A stretch of DNA of 64,000 nucleotides from Parasitella parasitica NRRL 2501 (taxonomy: Eukaryota; Fungi; Mucoromycota): NCBI GenBank assembly GCA_025201805.1, contig MU619246.1:299627-363626 (forward strand), given 5' to 3'. The notes beneath the pieces were generated by a model, which was given only the letters and a program-made list of their open reading frames with translations, made no database searches and was not told the DNA's origin. Position 1 is the first letter of the stretch. Each line of letters starts with the position of its first letter. The position numbers and the translations under genes were made by a program. Shown here in pieces: positions 26,495 through 39,900 of this stretch.

Positions 26495-29400
26495 TTAACC
26501 CCAAACATCACACAAGTAGCGGTTTTCATCCATAAGCTTATCGATAAGCTTATCAGCTTCCTCGTCGTCAGAAGCCATGCCAAAAGAGATGGCCATGCTG
26601 CAGAACGTACGGCGTACATCACGGCTCATAGATCCGCTACCACAGATGTAGACAGCAGCAGGCTTGATGCTGGGATCATTAGGATAGAGCATGTTCCAGA
26701 CTTCAGCGGCATTTGACAAGATTTCATGCTGGACGTACTTTTTAGGAGACTTTTCAATGCTTCTTGAGAAGGCAGTATGCAAATGGGTCAAGACACCGGA
26801 TTCAGCATATCCTTCCAACTCATCTTTGTAGATGTAATCTTGATCTTTTCTGCGGCAACCAAAGAACAAGACAGAATTACCCACCTTGACACCGTTATCT
26901 TTTTGATGCTTACGTTCTTGCAAAAAGCCTCGGAAAGGAGCGAATCCGGTACCAGCAGCAATCATAATCAAAGGAACACTAGGATCACTAGGCATACTAA
27001 AAGTGCTCTTGGAAGACTTGAGATTAGCGCGAAGAGCCATACCATCAGATCCACGCTTCAAGAAAGACGAAGCCAAACCGCTGTAATGCTTATCATTCAC
27101 AATATCGTCAACTACGCCTACAGTCAGATGAGCAGCAGTGGGATAGACTAACGGAGACGAGGCAATTGAATAGCGACGAGGCTGGATGACAGGAACAGAA
27201 GCCAGGAACTGGCCCAAATCTAAACGTGTGACCTGAGGATAGGCATTCTGCAGGTCCAAAAGGGTGCGGTGCTTCTTTATGAAAGCAGGATATTGATCCT
27301 CGTTATTACTATCAGGCATCAACAATTTCTCGAACGTGGCAGCGGTTTCCGGAGCAACTTTCTTCAACTGAGAGGCAAAACAACCGAGAACGGCGCGAGA
27401 AGGAGGCGACGAGAGATCAGCATAGTAGGTAAGCATGTTGCGAACAGAACAAGGGCCCTTGATATTGGCTGCGATAGAACGAGGAGAGACGTCTTTGATT
27501 GTTTCGTGATCAATCTCAAAGACCGAGTCCAGAACCCAGCCAAAGCTCAATGCAATCGCCTCAACAACGGATTTATCATTCTCAGGCATGATTTCTAAAT
27601 GATCGCCAGCATTGTAAAGCCTACCATCGCCGATGAAATCCAACTTGGAGATGTCAATTTCAATATGGCGGGTGCTACGAGGAGAGTCTTGCTCTTGGAT
27701 TTCACGATTAACATGCATGATTGCCTTGGGCTCACCGTAATGGTTGTTGATAGCAGCTTCCCAAGCCTCCTTGTTGGTGGGCTGAACAAACCTGACCTTG
27801 ACAGCGCAGTTTTCAGAAGACGTATTAACAGCTGAGGGGACAACTGATTTCGATTCAGAAGCGGTGATGCCATAGCTATCCAAGGTGTATGTCCAGAAAT
27901 GAGCGCACCAGTTGCTAAAGTCAGCATCCATGTCTTTATCACCATTACCTTCGCCGTTGGAGAAGAAGCGTTCAGCGCCGAGTTCTTCTAAGCTATCAGT
28001 AACCTTTACCGGGAAATGTTGATAGGTACGCCAGTTCTTATTGCCTAGGCCAAATACAGCAAAAGAAAGGCCATTCAGGATGTTTTCGTGGCCGTCTGAT
28101 TTGAGCTTCTCATCTAGGAATTTGTTGAACTTTTCAGCAGAATCAGGTGGCTGACCGTTGTAAGTAGCAGTACAGATGACAACCAATTCCTTGTCTAAAC
28201 GCTTGCTCTTGTCCTCAGAGATGAACTTGCCATCTTGCAAAACCTTCCATTGATCCATAGGCATGATGGTGCTTTTGAATCCAAAGTTTTTAGCTTGGTT
28301 GGCCAGCTGGTTGGCATAATCTTGAGCAGTACCCGTTTGAGTGCCGTACAAGAAAGTGATAGGTGGCAGTTCAACATCAGAAGGAGTCGCAGCGGATGAA
28401 ACAACAGGCATGCTTTTGGTGTTGTCAGCAGGAGCAGCAACAGCGGCAGCTTTACGCTTCTCGGTAGCTTCGGTGCTAGGTTCGGGGAAGTCCTCGCGAG
28501 GATGGATAGTCATATAAAGATCAACAGGTTTGGTTGTTGCCATTTTGGGGTCATATTGTACATCAGGACCTTCGTAGCGGAAGTCATACTTGCTCAAAAT
28601 CATGGCCATCACAGTCTTTGCTTCTTGCAAGGCAAAAGCCATACCGATACAGCCTCTAGGGCCAGTGGAGAACGGCAACCACGCAAAACGAGAACGCTTT
28701 TGTTCTTCCTCGGGTGTCCAGCGATCGGGATTGAAGCTATTGTGATCAGGATATATATCTTCATTGTGGTGCATAGCATAGACATGAACAGCACAAGCAT
28801 TACCCGCCTCGATCTTGTAGCCTCCTGGAACGATGCATTCTTGCTTGCAGTACTTTCCAAGCATACGGACTGGTGGATAAAGACGTAGTACTTCCTTAAT
28901 AATTTGCTGCATGTACTTGAGATTGGAGATTTGCTCTGAAGTAGGGCACTCTTTCCATGTGATGTGGCTGTCAGCAATTTCTTGAAGAAGCTTGGCCTTG
29001 ACGTCAGGGTGTCTGGAAAGCTCATAGAGAGACCAAGCAAGGGTGTTGGCAGTCGTGTCATGGCCAGCAATGAGGAAGGTAACCACTTGGTCGCGAATAT
29101 TTTCATCAGACAAGCCCAAATTATGCTCATCACGAGCATTCAACATGTAACCCAAGAGGTCGATATCCATATTTTTGGCTTCAGCACTCTGCTTGCGTTC
29201 TTTGATGACCTCGTCTACGACACTATGCATCAGCTTGACAGAGCGGTCGAATTTGCGGTTGGCTTCAATAGGCAAGGACTTTACGAATTGGGCTTGTTGC
29301 ATACGCTGAACAGTCTGCTTCAAGCAGTAACCCATAGCCTCAATAAACGGATTGTGGGGTTGGTCGCGTTTAGAGAGCAAATCAAATTCATGGCCAAAAC

Positions 29401-30251
29401 CAACACGGCCGATAGTCTCAAATGTGATGTTGGTGGTCCAGTCAAGGATCTCAACAGGCTCTTCAGGCGCGAATTGATCCAAGATCTTGATGAGCTGTTG
29501 CGTAAGTACGCCCATTTCTTTCTGATAAACCTGTAAAAGAAACATACGCACTAAGTGTCTCTATCCTAACCACTTGCCTAACGTTTTTTTTTTTTTTTTT
29601 TTTGATAGCGCGAGGGCTGAATGCAGGCATCAAAAGCTTATGAGCTAGCTTCCAATCCATTTCATCAGTGTCGGTAGTAAATAGGCCTTGGCCACCAAAG
29701 GCCTTGACCTCAGCTAAACCAGAATTAGTAATCTTCTTGGTAAAGTATTCAGATTCCTTGACAAAAATCTCTGCGATATCAGGAGAGTTGGTACCGATGA
29801 TCTTTCTGCCCAATAGGTTGACCTCGACTAGAGGACCGTAAGCCTTGAACTGACGTACCCAACCCTCGGTGCTACCAATAAATGTGACATCAGTACACGC
29901 TATCAGACCCACACAGCGATAAATAACTTACATATTGGGCAACATGTCATATAAAGAGCCAACAAAAGGCAGACTTGTAGGTCCAGGAATAACAGTTTTA
30001 ATGTGGTCTTTGACATCTGCAAAAACCACTTGCTGGTCTCTAAGTGCATCAATACCACCCAGTATTTCACCCTTTCCATTCAATAGTTGGACATCAGAAG
30101 GGTTTCCAGCAATACTGAGTTTCTCAGCTACAAGACCACGCACAGTGTCTAAACTGGCACCATTTCCGAAACGAATAATGCGGCCATCGTTTTCGACATC
30201 TTTCGAGCCTTTCAACACGACTATTAACGAAGTTGTGTTATCTGTCGACAT
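26495..30251 (-). CDS. Self-sufficient cytochrome P450/NADPH-P450 reductase fusion (CYP102/CYP505/CYP5205-like) with an extra N-terminal domain
   Basis: FLIAGHDTTA, EVLR, heme motif FSTGPRGCIG; FMN domain YGTQTGTA, TYNGQPPD; FAD/NADPH motifs RRYSIASS, AGTGFAPFRGF; ends DVWG. Two introns. Confidence 0.95.
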
Positions 30252-31656
30252 TATGACAATAATAAATAAAAAGTGAAATAATTTAACAAGAGGTTTAGGA
30301 ATTGTGAAAATCCGGGAAGAATGCTGCTTTTATGTCAAATCGAATTATCCAAATGCAAGGCTAATTTTAGCTTGCCGAAAAGCATCTGGAGAAATAGTTT
30401 CTCCTGTTTCCATAAAAGGACAAAAAACCCTTACAGTCCACTACCATTTGTAGGGATTTAATGATTTGTTCCACTTAGTCTTGAAACCAAATAACAGTAT
30501 GGCCGAGGCATTGAGACATCCAAGCAACAAGTGTTTTACATTTACTCAAATTTACTGTATCAGAGCCATACTAAAGGAAGGGCAGTGTTCAAATGATGAT
30601 TGCCATTGAAATACATTAAAGATTGGTCATTTTATTAAATGTGCATAGTGTAACATTGACCAGGAGTCTTTTACAGTGCATAGTTAGCCTCAGCAACATG
30701 GCTAAAGTATAACTTTGATTAGAAACATGAATTACTATCTGCATGACTCTCATCTTGTATGCAGATTTTCCGTTTTTTCCGCTGAGTTCCCTTATTTCAT
30801 ATTACTCTTTTGCAATTTCAACCCGTACAGTAATCCTTATGCTTCTATTTTTGTACATCTAGTTTTACATTTATAATACGCAAGCTTCTTACCGAGGCCC
30901 ATTACACTTGGCAAATAGCGAAATTACAAAATAAAACTCAAAACGTACAAAATATAACAATTATGATGACAGTTTAAAAAGGATAAATTTATCAACGTCG
31001 GCAGAGAGATCCTACTAAATGAACGTGTGGCAAGCTCGTTTTAACGACCCGTAGTCGGCAGAATGTACCCGCAACAATGATACTTTTGCCCAGTGCCTTC
31101 TGACAGCACTGCTAGAAGATAAAAATATATATAAAAAAAACGCAAAACCAAATGCATCAGTCTAGTTGAGTACATGTAAAAGTTTGTATTTATTAATAAA
31201 GCAAATCCCAATTGGGGTTTGTGCTTTAATTTGTTGTGAAATAAAGATTGAAGAATAAGGTGGAAAGAACTCTTTTCAGATCTATTTGACCTTTCTATGT
31301 GACGAATCTCCACAAATAGGTGAAAAAAAAAAACGGATCGTTGAAATTGAAGAGCCCAAAGACACTAATATCGAAGAAGTTGATCCCGTAATTATCGGAT
31401 GAGAATACATACACGCCCTATTCTTCTTAGCTCAACCCTATCTAACAGTTTTGGAAAGTTTTGAGGGATAGAGTCAGAAAAGGTAAGCTGACTGACGGGG
31501 AGGCTATAGCTAAGCATTTGCAGATTTTCCTTCAGCATTCTTAAGTGCTTTTGAACTGTACTTACTAAATCTGATCAAACATCTGGCCAAACTAGTCTTC
31601 TTTTCATGAGCAATTGAGCCTCGCACAGGAAGTTTTTTTTTTTTTTTTTTTTTTTT

Positions 31657-31681
31657 NNNNNNNNNNNNNNNNNNNNNNNNN
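31657..31681. other. Assembly gap after poly-T
   Basis: Run of N. Confidence 1.
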
Positions 31682-33439
31682 TTTTTAGCACTACTGTCAT
31701 GATATGAATCATAACAGACATTGGTATTTAATTGTTTTGCAATTTTTTACATGCGAAGCATAATTTTGTAAAAAGAATAGTTCAATAGTGTTTAGTGATA
31801 ATTATGTTTACTTTATTCATTGTACTCAAGGGAATGGAAGGTGATAGATCAAATTTACAGTCATATCACTTGGATATCGATATTTACGAATGTGGGGGAT
31901 TGAAAAAGTACATTAGAATATTGTGAAACAGATACCTTTTTAAAGAAACGGCTACCGAGATCTCGGGACTAAGGCTCAGGATTGATTCTTAAATCATAAG
32001 AAAAGTATGATCAAGTGAATGTATAAGCTACTACATAGCTTTTGTGCACATGCTACATAATTCAATTAATAAGAATAAAGCTATTTCATATAGATAAGCA
32101 TATATCTGAACACCCAGTTCAAATGTTATAAACTAGACTAAAGTAGTACTAGCAGCTTTTGATGGAGAAACAATACTGTAGTTGGGGATGCCTGTACAAT
32201 GTTAAAAATAAAAACTTGATTGTCATTATATATAAACAACATCTGATTTCTTCTAGCTTTAACTGGCATAATTCCTTAATTATATAATTTTCTTGAAAGA
32301 CAACAATGATTACAAAAGAATATCATCATGTATATTCTTACATCGTGACGGAGAGAATGTTGGATGTAGATACATTACATATTAAAATTCCTTATCATGC
32401 TTCATTTGATATGCACGTAACATAAATAAATATTTTACTGAAACATCTGATATTCTCTTCTGTTGTATAAGGATTCTACAAAAGCTGTTTGCATTTGAGC
32501 CAAGGTCATGGATCTTCTGAGTAACGGCATATTGTTTTAGATAAAGGATAAAAGTATACAATTGTCTCAAAGTGGCTTCAACAGTCAAAATTTCTGTACA
32601 ATTGGGGGGTGGAGGGGTTTTTTCGTTGCATCACACAGGACACATTCACTGCAGTAGATCGCGGAATATCAAGTTACATCTTTATACCTTTCGCTCTCCA
32701 GATACATCTCGCGCTACCACCATCTCTTTTACAAAATAGGTTTTTCTCTACTCATTTTTTTATAGGAGCTTTCAAATGATTGAATAAAAAAGAGCGTAGA
32801 AAAATTTTACAAAAAAAGAGATGAAGCCATATGATATGCAATGCAATGGAGTGTACATGACGCCCAATCAATAATAGTCTCAATCATAGTTTGGTCCCAA
32901 AGAATTATTTCACGATACCTCCCGAAAAAAATATCGATTTTTTCTATTTGAGTAAACAACTAATCTTCTTTTGGAAAAATGCTGAAACTTAAAAGTAATA
33001 AATCTCCAGCTTTTGGTGCAAACTGGTGCTTTGTATCAAATAAGAGATCTCTTTTCAATGTGGAAAATGCTCTAAATAGCTATGGCATCCAGATACTGTA
33101 TTTATATTATCTCTAATCTTGATGTAATTTATTCTATGATGAGAAAAGGGGGGTGGTTGAGGAAAGGGGTTAGAAGGAGAAAAAAAAAATTTTACTTGAA
33201 ATTTTTATCGACCTGAAGTGTTTACTCATTATCACTGTTCTTAAAAGGATTTTCTCACATTAAAACAGCCGACAAAATTGACTGCAAAATTGGCGTTGAG
33301 CTGTAACAGATATCCTCTCCTTATGCCTGATTTGGTTTTTAAAGGGTAATGTGGGTGTTTTTATGAAATTTCATCACATTGTGGAACACCCATGCTGTTC
33401 TAAATTTGTACAAACGCCTTTTTTTTTTTTTTTTTTTTT

Positions 33440-33595
33440 NNNNNNNNNNNNNNNNNNNNNNNNNNNNNNNNNNNNNNNNNNNNNNNNNNNNNNNNNNNNN
33501 NNNNNNNNNNNNNNNNNNNNNNNNNNNNNNNNNNNNNNNNNNNNNNNNNNNNNNNNNNNNNNNNNNNNNNNNNNNNNNNNNNNNNNNNNNNNNNN
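33440..33595. other. Assembly gap between poly-T and poly-A
   Basis: Run of N. Confidence 1.
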
Positions 33596-33710
33596 AAAAA
33601 AAAAAAAAAAAAAAAAATAATAGTTTGGAGCTTAATTCTTTTTATGCAAATATAGACTTAAATCACATCAAGTTAAAATATTATTATAGAAGAGATATAT
33701 ATATACTCGT

Positions 33711-33743
33711 ATGAATAGGCAGACTCAATATTTGCAGCAGCAG

Positions 33744-33790
<47 letters not shown>

Positions 33791-36083
33791 GCAACAGCAA
33801 CAACAGCAGTTTCAACAGCAGCAAATGCAACATACACTAGTTCAGTCGGCACCAACTGAGCATGCTCAGAAGAAACGCACTGCAAACAAACTAATTTCGA
33901 ACAACAATAGAAAGAGATCTCATTCATCATCTTCATCTACTTCATCTTCTGGATCCCCTTCTACCAACATTTTCTCGGCAGCAAGTTCATCTGATTCTGG
34001 TTCTTCAACAATGGCATCGATAAAAACTACTCCTACAAAGAAGAAGAGAAACTCTTCAACATTGACTAGTAGTGGCACAGACTCGTCTTCAGCAGAAAGC
34101 GGTCCCCTGTCCACTCCAATGCTTTCTAAGACATCCTCTTCATTCGCATCGCCTACTATTATTCCTCCTCGATTAACAGCACAGAGAAGCGTACCGGCAT
34201 TTTTAAACAAACTGTACAAGTAAATGTCTAGTTTTATAAAAAGAGAAAAATCCGTGCTAAAATGATTTATAGTATGGTAGAAGATTTGTCAACAACTGAT
34301 TTGATTCGATGGTCGAGCGAGGGCACATCATTTATAGGTAAAACTCGAAACTTTTTGTATTTTTTTTTTCAAGCACCCCAGACTAAAAGCATTTAGTCGA
34401 AAAACATGAAGAATTTGCCAAAACTGTATTGCCAAGATTTTACAAGCACAATACGTTTGCATCTTTTGTTCGACAATTGAATATGTACGACTTCCACAAA
34501 GTGCCTCATCTTCAACAGGGTGTTTTGATTGCTGAAGCAGAGCATGAAATATGGGAATTCAGCAACCCTCATTTTCAAAGAGGTCGTCCTGATCTCTTGG
34601 TTCTCGTTACTCGCAAACGCAACAGAGATAGAGATGCTAATGACAGCGAAACCGTTACCTTGTCGTCATTAGCTCAGGATTTAGACGCACTGAAGAAGCA
34701 TCACTCTACCATTGGCTCAGAATTAAACGATTTGCATCGAGATAACGAAATCTTGTGGCAGGAAACATTGAATGCCAGAGAAAAATATCAGAGGCATCAA
34801 GAGGCCATTGAAAAAATATTGCAATTCTTGACAGCGATTTTTGCTAATGACAATTTAGCTATCAGTGCTAGTATGTGAAAAATGCGAATTATTTATTGCA
34901 AATGTCTAACTTGCCGAATGTAGATAATTCTGATCTATTACCAAAAGGTCTAATCGAAGAAGCGGCATCGCTAGCTGGGATGACAACGAAATTAGACAAT
35001 GCCAAGGAATCAACTGCGCCTTTACCTAATTCACTCGCTTCATCTGCGCTATCAAATATTCTGGCATCTGTATTAAGACTCTATTCGGACAACGCTCCAC
35101 CTAAACAAGAATTCCCTCAACCACCGAATAGCCGCAATACTAGACAGCCATCGACTTCAGCAGCGAAAGAAGCCTCCTCCTTGACGTCTTTGTCTGATGC
35201 GCTGTACACTCGTTCACCAAGAGAGAAGAAGGAAGACGAAGCTTCTCCTTCTCTTGTCGACTTTTCAAAGACGTTGAACACAGCCACCCGATCTGCTCAG
35301 AACATCACTCAGGACATTGACATGCTGCAAGTCAACATTGAATCGTTAGCTAACGACTTGGGAATTGACCCTAATCAGTTTGACGATGACACTGTCTCTG
35401 AACGTTGTTTCCGAGACAATAACATGAGGCTGATGAATGGTAATGACGGTATTAATGCTGCTGCAGGGCCTTTTAAATTATTCAGCGATATCGACAGCGA
35501 TTTAAGCTTGAATTCGTTCTCTTATAACCTTCAGCCTCCCCCTTCTTCTGTACAATATCAACAACAAACATCTCAACAACAGCAGCCAGAACAATTGGGC
35601 AGATCTCAGATACAGCCATACACTCAATCATCTACATCGACCACAAGAAACAGCCTCATGCCTCAAATGCTGCAACAGCAACAGCAACAGTCGCCTTATC
35701 CTATCAATTATACAAATGACGATGACTCCAAGCTAAACGGGAATCAGCCTTCCAATGGTAGTTACCGCCAATTCATATCATCTATGAATTATCCAGACTC
35801 TTTTGGGCAAAGCTATCCTATTGACTCGGAGGCGTCCAGTTTCACACCTACAACACCTGTTGGCCCACCACCACACAATTTGCAGCAAAATAGAAACTAT
35901 TTTAATTGTGGAAACAGTGATATGATGGCATCAGTTGATAATGGCGTACCTGTTTCGAGCATTGACAATACTGATTCTTTTAATAACAGCATGATAAACC
36001 AACAGTACGCACAAGGAGGCTTTGATAGATCCTCTTTTTATAACGGTATGCCTTCTGGAGAAAGCTATAATGATAAAACTTGA
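33711..36083 (+). CDS. HSF1: Heat shock transcription factor (HSF DNA-binding domain plus HR-A/B coiled coil), N-terminal polyQ
   Basis: VPAFLNKLY/NMVED..LIRWS; VLPRFYKHNTFASFVRQLNMYDFHKV; WEFSNPHFQRGRPDLL; DNEILWQETL..HQEAIEKILQFL. Three introns. Confidence 0.88.
33746..33830 (+). repeat. (CAA)n/(CAG) polyQ microsatellite in HSF
   Basis: Long pure CAA run followed by mixed CAG/CAA. Confidence 0.95.
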
Positions 36084-36162
36084 GACTTGGATACCTTTTT
36101 TCCTATTTTCACAAATATACATACCCCTAAAGCCTTTCTATAAAAACATTCCCCTCCCCTTT

Positions 36163-36197
36163 CACACACACACACACACACACACACGCACGCACGC
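36163..36197 (+). repeat. (CA)n/(CACG)n microsatellite
   Basis: cacacacaca...cgcacgcacgc. Confidence 0.9.
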
Positions 36198-36349
36198 AAA
36201 AAAAAACAAAAAAATATACATTTCACCCTCTCTCATAATATCATTCTCTAAAAATTCTATTGCTGTTAAATATTATATTTCTCTCTCTCTTTCTCTCTTT
36301 ATAAATAGTATATATGCTTCTCTATTTTATATATATATCTTATGAACTT

Positions 36350-36680
36350 TTTATCATTCTATTTTTGCATATGCCCAGCCGTCCGCTACTCGAGCTCGTG
36401 ATCTCTAAGTCTATCACTACATGATTTTTGAATATATCGTGTTTGGATTGCAAAGTATACATGGAAAATATTGCCAGTATGTACGCTGATAAACTCGATG
36501 CTTCTGGTAATCCTGACCACTTTTTCATCACGAATCATGAATCACAGATTAATAAATCAGAGCATATGTTTTTATCAACTGAATGACAGTCTATTTGTTC
36601 AATAGATTATCAGAAACTGATTTGGGTCTTTTGCCGTGTCTTTTTAAGGGTATCTAATTGTCAGATCAGTTTGATATTAG
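36350..36680. promoter_or_regulatory. Cluster of HGATAR motifs upstream of glutamate synthase (possible GATA/AreA sites)
   Basis: TTATCA 36351, CTATCA 36411, TGATAA ~36487, TTATCA 36572 and TTATCA ~36607; the AT-rich background limits significance. Confidence 0.35.
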
Positions 36681-36967
36681 CAATGAACGACCGTGTATAA
36701 TACATGACCAACAACTGAGCATGCACTGGCCATGCAAATGATGCAAGATGTTGAAGGGAAAAAACTCCTGTGTGACATGCATGTCAATAAATCCACAATT
36801 TATGCAAAAAGTTTACTGGTTGGGATGTGCCATATCTCGGATAAAAATGTCTCTTTTTTTTTTTTTTTTTTTTATTTTTTCTTTCTTTTCACTTCTTTCT
36901 TTTTTTCTCGGTTATAGCACCAAATACTCTCTTTTTTTTTGTTGTTGTATCCTAAACTTTTGATTTA

Positions 36968-39900
36968 ATGAAAGAGACTGGTAATAAATCATGGGCCTCA
37001 GCGATTCCTCGTGCGCAAGGCCTTTACAACCCAGATCTTGAAAAGGACGCATGCGGAGTAGGTTTCATCGTTCATGTTAAAGGCGATCGTTCGCACAAGA
37101 TTGTCAGTGATGCCAACGATGTTCTATGCAACATGACCCACCGCGGTGCCAGTGGTGCTGATATTAGGGATGGAGACGGCAGCGGTATTCTTACATGTAA
37201 GCTGACGACTACAATGCTGCAATTGGCTACCAGACTAACCAACTATGCCTAAAAAGCTATTCCTCATCAGTTCTTTGTCAATGAGACATCGCGAGAACTA
37301 GGCATCACTCTGCCCCAAGAGAGCCATTATGCTGTTGGCAACTTGTTTATGAAAGATGTCGAGGAATGTCAACAAGTCTTTGAAAAATTAGCCGATGCAT
37401 TGGGCTTGAAAATCCTTGGATGGCGTAAAGTGCCAGTGGATCCAACTATTCTAGGCCCCAGCGCCAAAGCAAAGGAGCCTACCATTTTTCAACCCTTCAT
37501 TGTGCTCAAGAATGCGGATGAGTTTGATGAAGGCTACTTTGGGCGCCAACTGTACGTACTGCGCAAGCACGCTACTCATACACTCACCATGAAAAAGTGG
37601 TTTTACATCTGCTCGTTGTCCAACAAGATCATCGTTTATAAGGGCCAATTGACTACAAAGCAGGTGTTTATGTACTACTACGACCTGGCCAATGTTCAAT
37701 ATACCTCTCATTTGGCTTTGGTGCACTCTCGCTTCTCTACAAATACGTTCCCTTCATGGGATCGTGCTCAGCCTATGCGTTGGTCTGCACATAATGGCAA
37801 GCTTTTTTTTTGGGGGCGGGAGGGGGGAATTAATTGAGTTTACAATGTTCGTATTAGCTAATTTGTCTCCAATTTCTAGGCGAAATCAACACTTTACGTG
37901 GTAACAAGAATTGGATGAGATCGCGTGAAGGCGTCATGACGTCTGACAAGTTTGGCGAGGAGCTGGATTTGTTGTATCCCATCATCGAAGAAGGCGGCTC
38001 TGATTCTGCTGCGTTTGACAACGTGCTGGAGCTGTTGGTTGTTAATGGTGTCTTGACCTTACCAGAGGCTGTCATGATGATGGTTCCCGAAGCCTGGCAG
38101 AACAAGCCTGATATGAATCCCAAGAAAAAGGCATTTTACGAATGGGCTGCCTCGTTGATGGAGCCCTGGGATGGTCCTGCTCTCTTTACCTTCTCTGACG
38201 GGCGCTATTGCGGTGCCTCTCTTGATCGTAACGGTCTGCGTCCTTGTCGTTTCTATTTGACATCGGATGACATTATGGTATGTGCTTCTGAGGTTGGCAC
38301 TGTGTTTGTCGAGCCAGAAACAGTCGTACAAAAAGGTCGCCTTCAGCCAGGTCGAATGTTGCTTGTGGATACTGTCAAGGGCATTATTGTCGATGACACT
38401 CAACTCAAGCTTGAGACCGCCAACAAAAAGCCCTTTGTTGAGTGGGTCAAAAACAACAAGATCGATTTGCAAGACGTTGTGGCTGCTACGCAACACACGG
38501 TCAAGCCTATTCAGCTGGATGAAACTACCATCAGCACTGACCCTCGTTTGAAGGCGTTTGGATATACACTGGAGCAATTCAACTTGCTAATGCTGCCCAT
38601 GATTTCCAGTGGTAAAGAGCCTGTTGGTTCCATGGGTAACGATACTGTTCTTGCTTGTTTGTCTGAACAGCCCCGTCTCTTGTACGAGTATTTCCGTCAA
38701 CTCTTTGCTCAAGTGACAAACCCCCCAATCGATCCTATTCGTGAAGAAATCGTCATGTCGCTTGAATGCTATGTTGGCCCAGAGGGCAATATCCTTGAAA
38801 TGGACGAGTCCCAGTGCCGCAAATTAACCTTGGCTTCCCCTATTTTAAAAATGCAAGAGCTGGAAGCTATCAGGTGCATGTCCAAGCTATTTTCCGATTG
38901 GAAAGTGGCTACTATTGATATTACATTCAGTAAGGCAGATGGCGTGCAAGGCTATATTAACGCCCTGGAGCGTATTTGTGAGCAAGTGTCTCTTTCTATT
39001 GACCAAGGTTACAAGGTGGTTGTCTTGTCTGATCGTGCTGTTTCCCCTAGCAGAGTCTCCATCTCTTCTCTTATTGCTGTTGGCGGCGTTCATCATCACC
39101 TGGTTCGAAACAAGAAGCGTAGCAGGGTGTCCATCATGGTTGAAACTGCTGAAGCTAGAGAGGTGCATCATTTCTGTGTGCTTTTAGGCTATGGCGCTGA
39201 TGCTATCTGTCCTTATCTTGCGATGGAGTCCATGATGAAGCTTCACCGCGAGCGTGCTGTTCGTGCTGAGCTTACTGTGGACAAACTCATTTACAATTAC
39301 ATAGATGCTGTAAATCATAGTATTTTAAAGGTCATGAGCAAAATGGGCATTTCTACCTTGGCCTCTTACAAGGGCGCCCAAATCTTTGAAGCACTTGGCG
39401 TCGATGACACTGTCATCAGCCGTTGTTTTGCTGGCACTGCCTCTCGTATTAAGGGCGCTACATTCGATATATTTGCACTGGACGCTCTCACCTTGCACGA
39501 GAGCGCCTGGCCCACACGTAACCTTGTTCAGCCTGTAGGTCTCCCAGAATCCGGTGAATATCACTGGCGTGATGGTGGCGAAGCACATATTGCCGAGCCT
39601 TCAGGCATTGCCAACTTGCAAGACGCTGTCCGTCGCAAAAATCAAGATTCGTATGACGCCTATGCTAAAAATGCGCATTCTGCTATCAAGAAATGCACAC
39701 TTCGTGGCATGCTTGAATTCAACTTTGAAGGCTGCAAGGAAATCCCCATCGAGCAAGTTGAGCCATGGGACGCCATTGTAAAGCGTTTTGTTACGGGTGC
39801 CATGTCTTACGGCTCCATATCTTGGGAGGCTCACACTGCATTAGCTGCTGCCATGAATAAGCTGGGTGGTAAATCCAACACTGGAGAAGGCGGTGAAAAG

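Noticed and set aside
26456-29536. Several plus-strand ORFs (up to 190 aa) opposite the P450-reductase
   Set aside because: Antisense shadows of a codon-biased gene, with no recognisable motifs. The same applies to ORFs opposite GLT1 and the ZNFX1-like gene.
33419-33617. Poly-T / gap / poly-A apparent inverted repeat
   Set aside because: Homopolymer-bounded assembly gap; the content cannot be seen.
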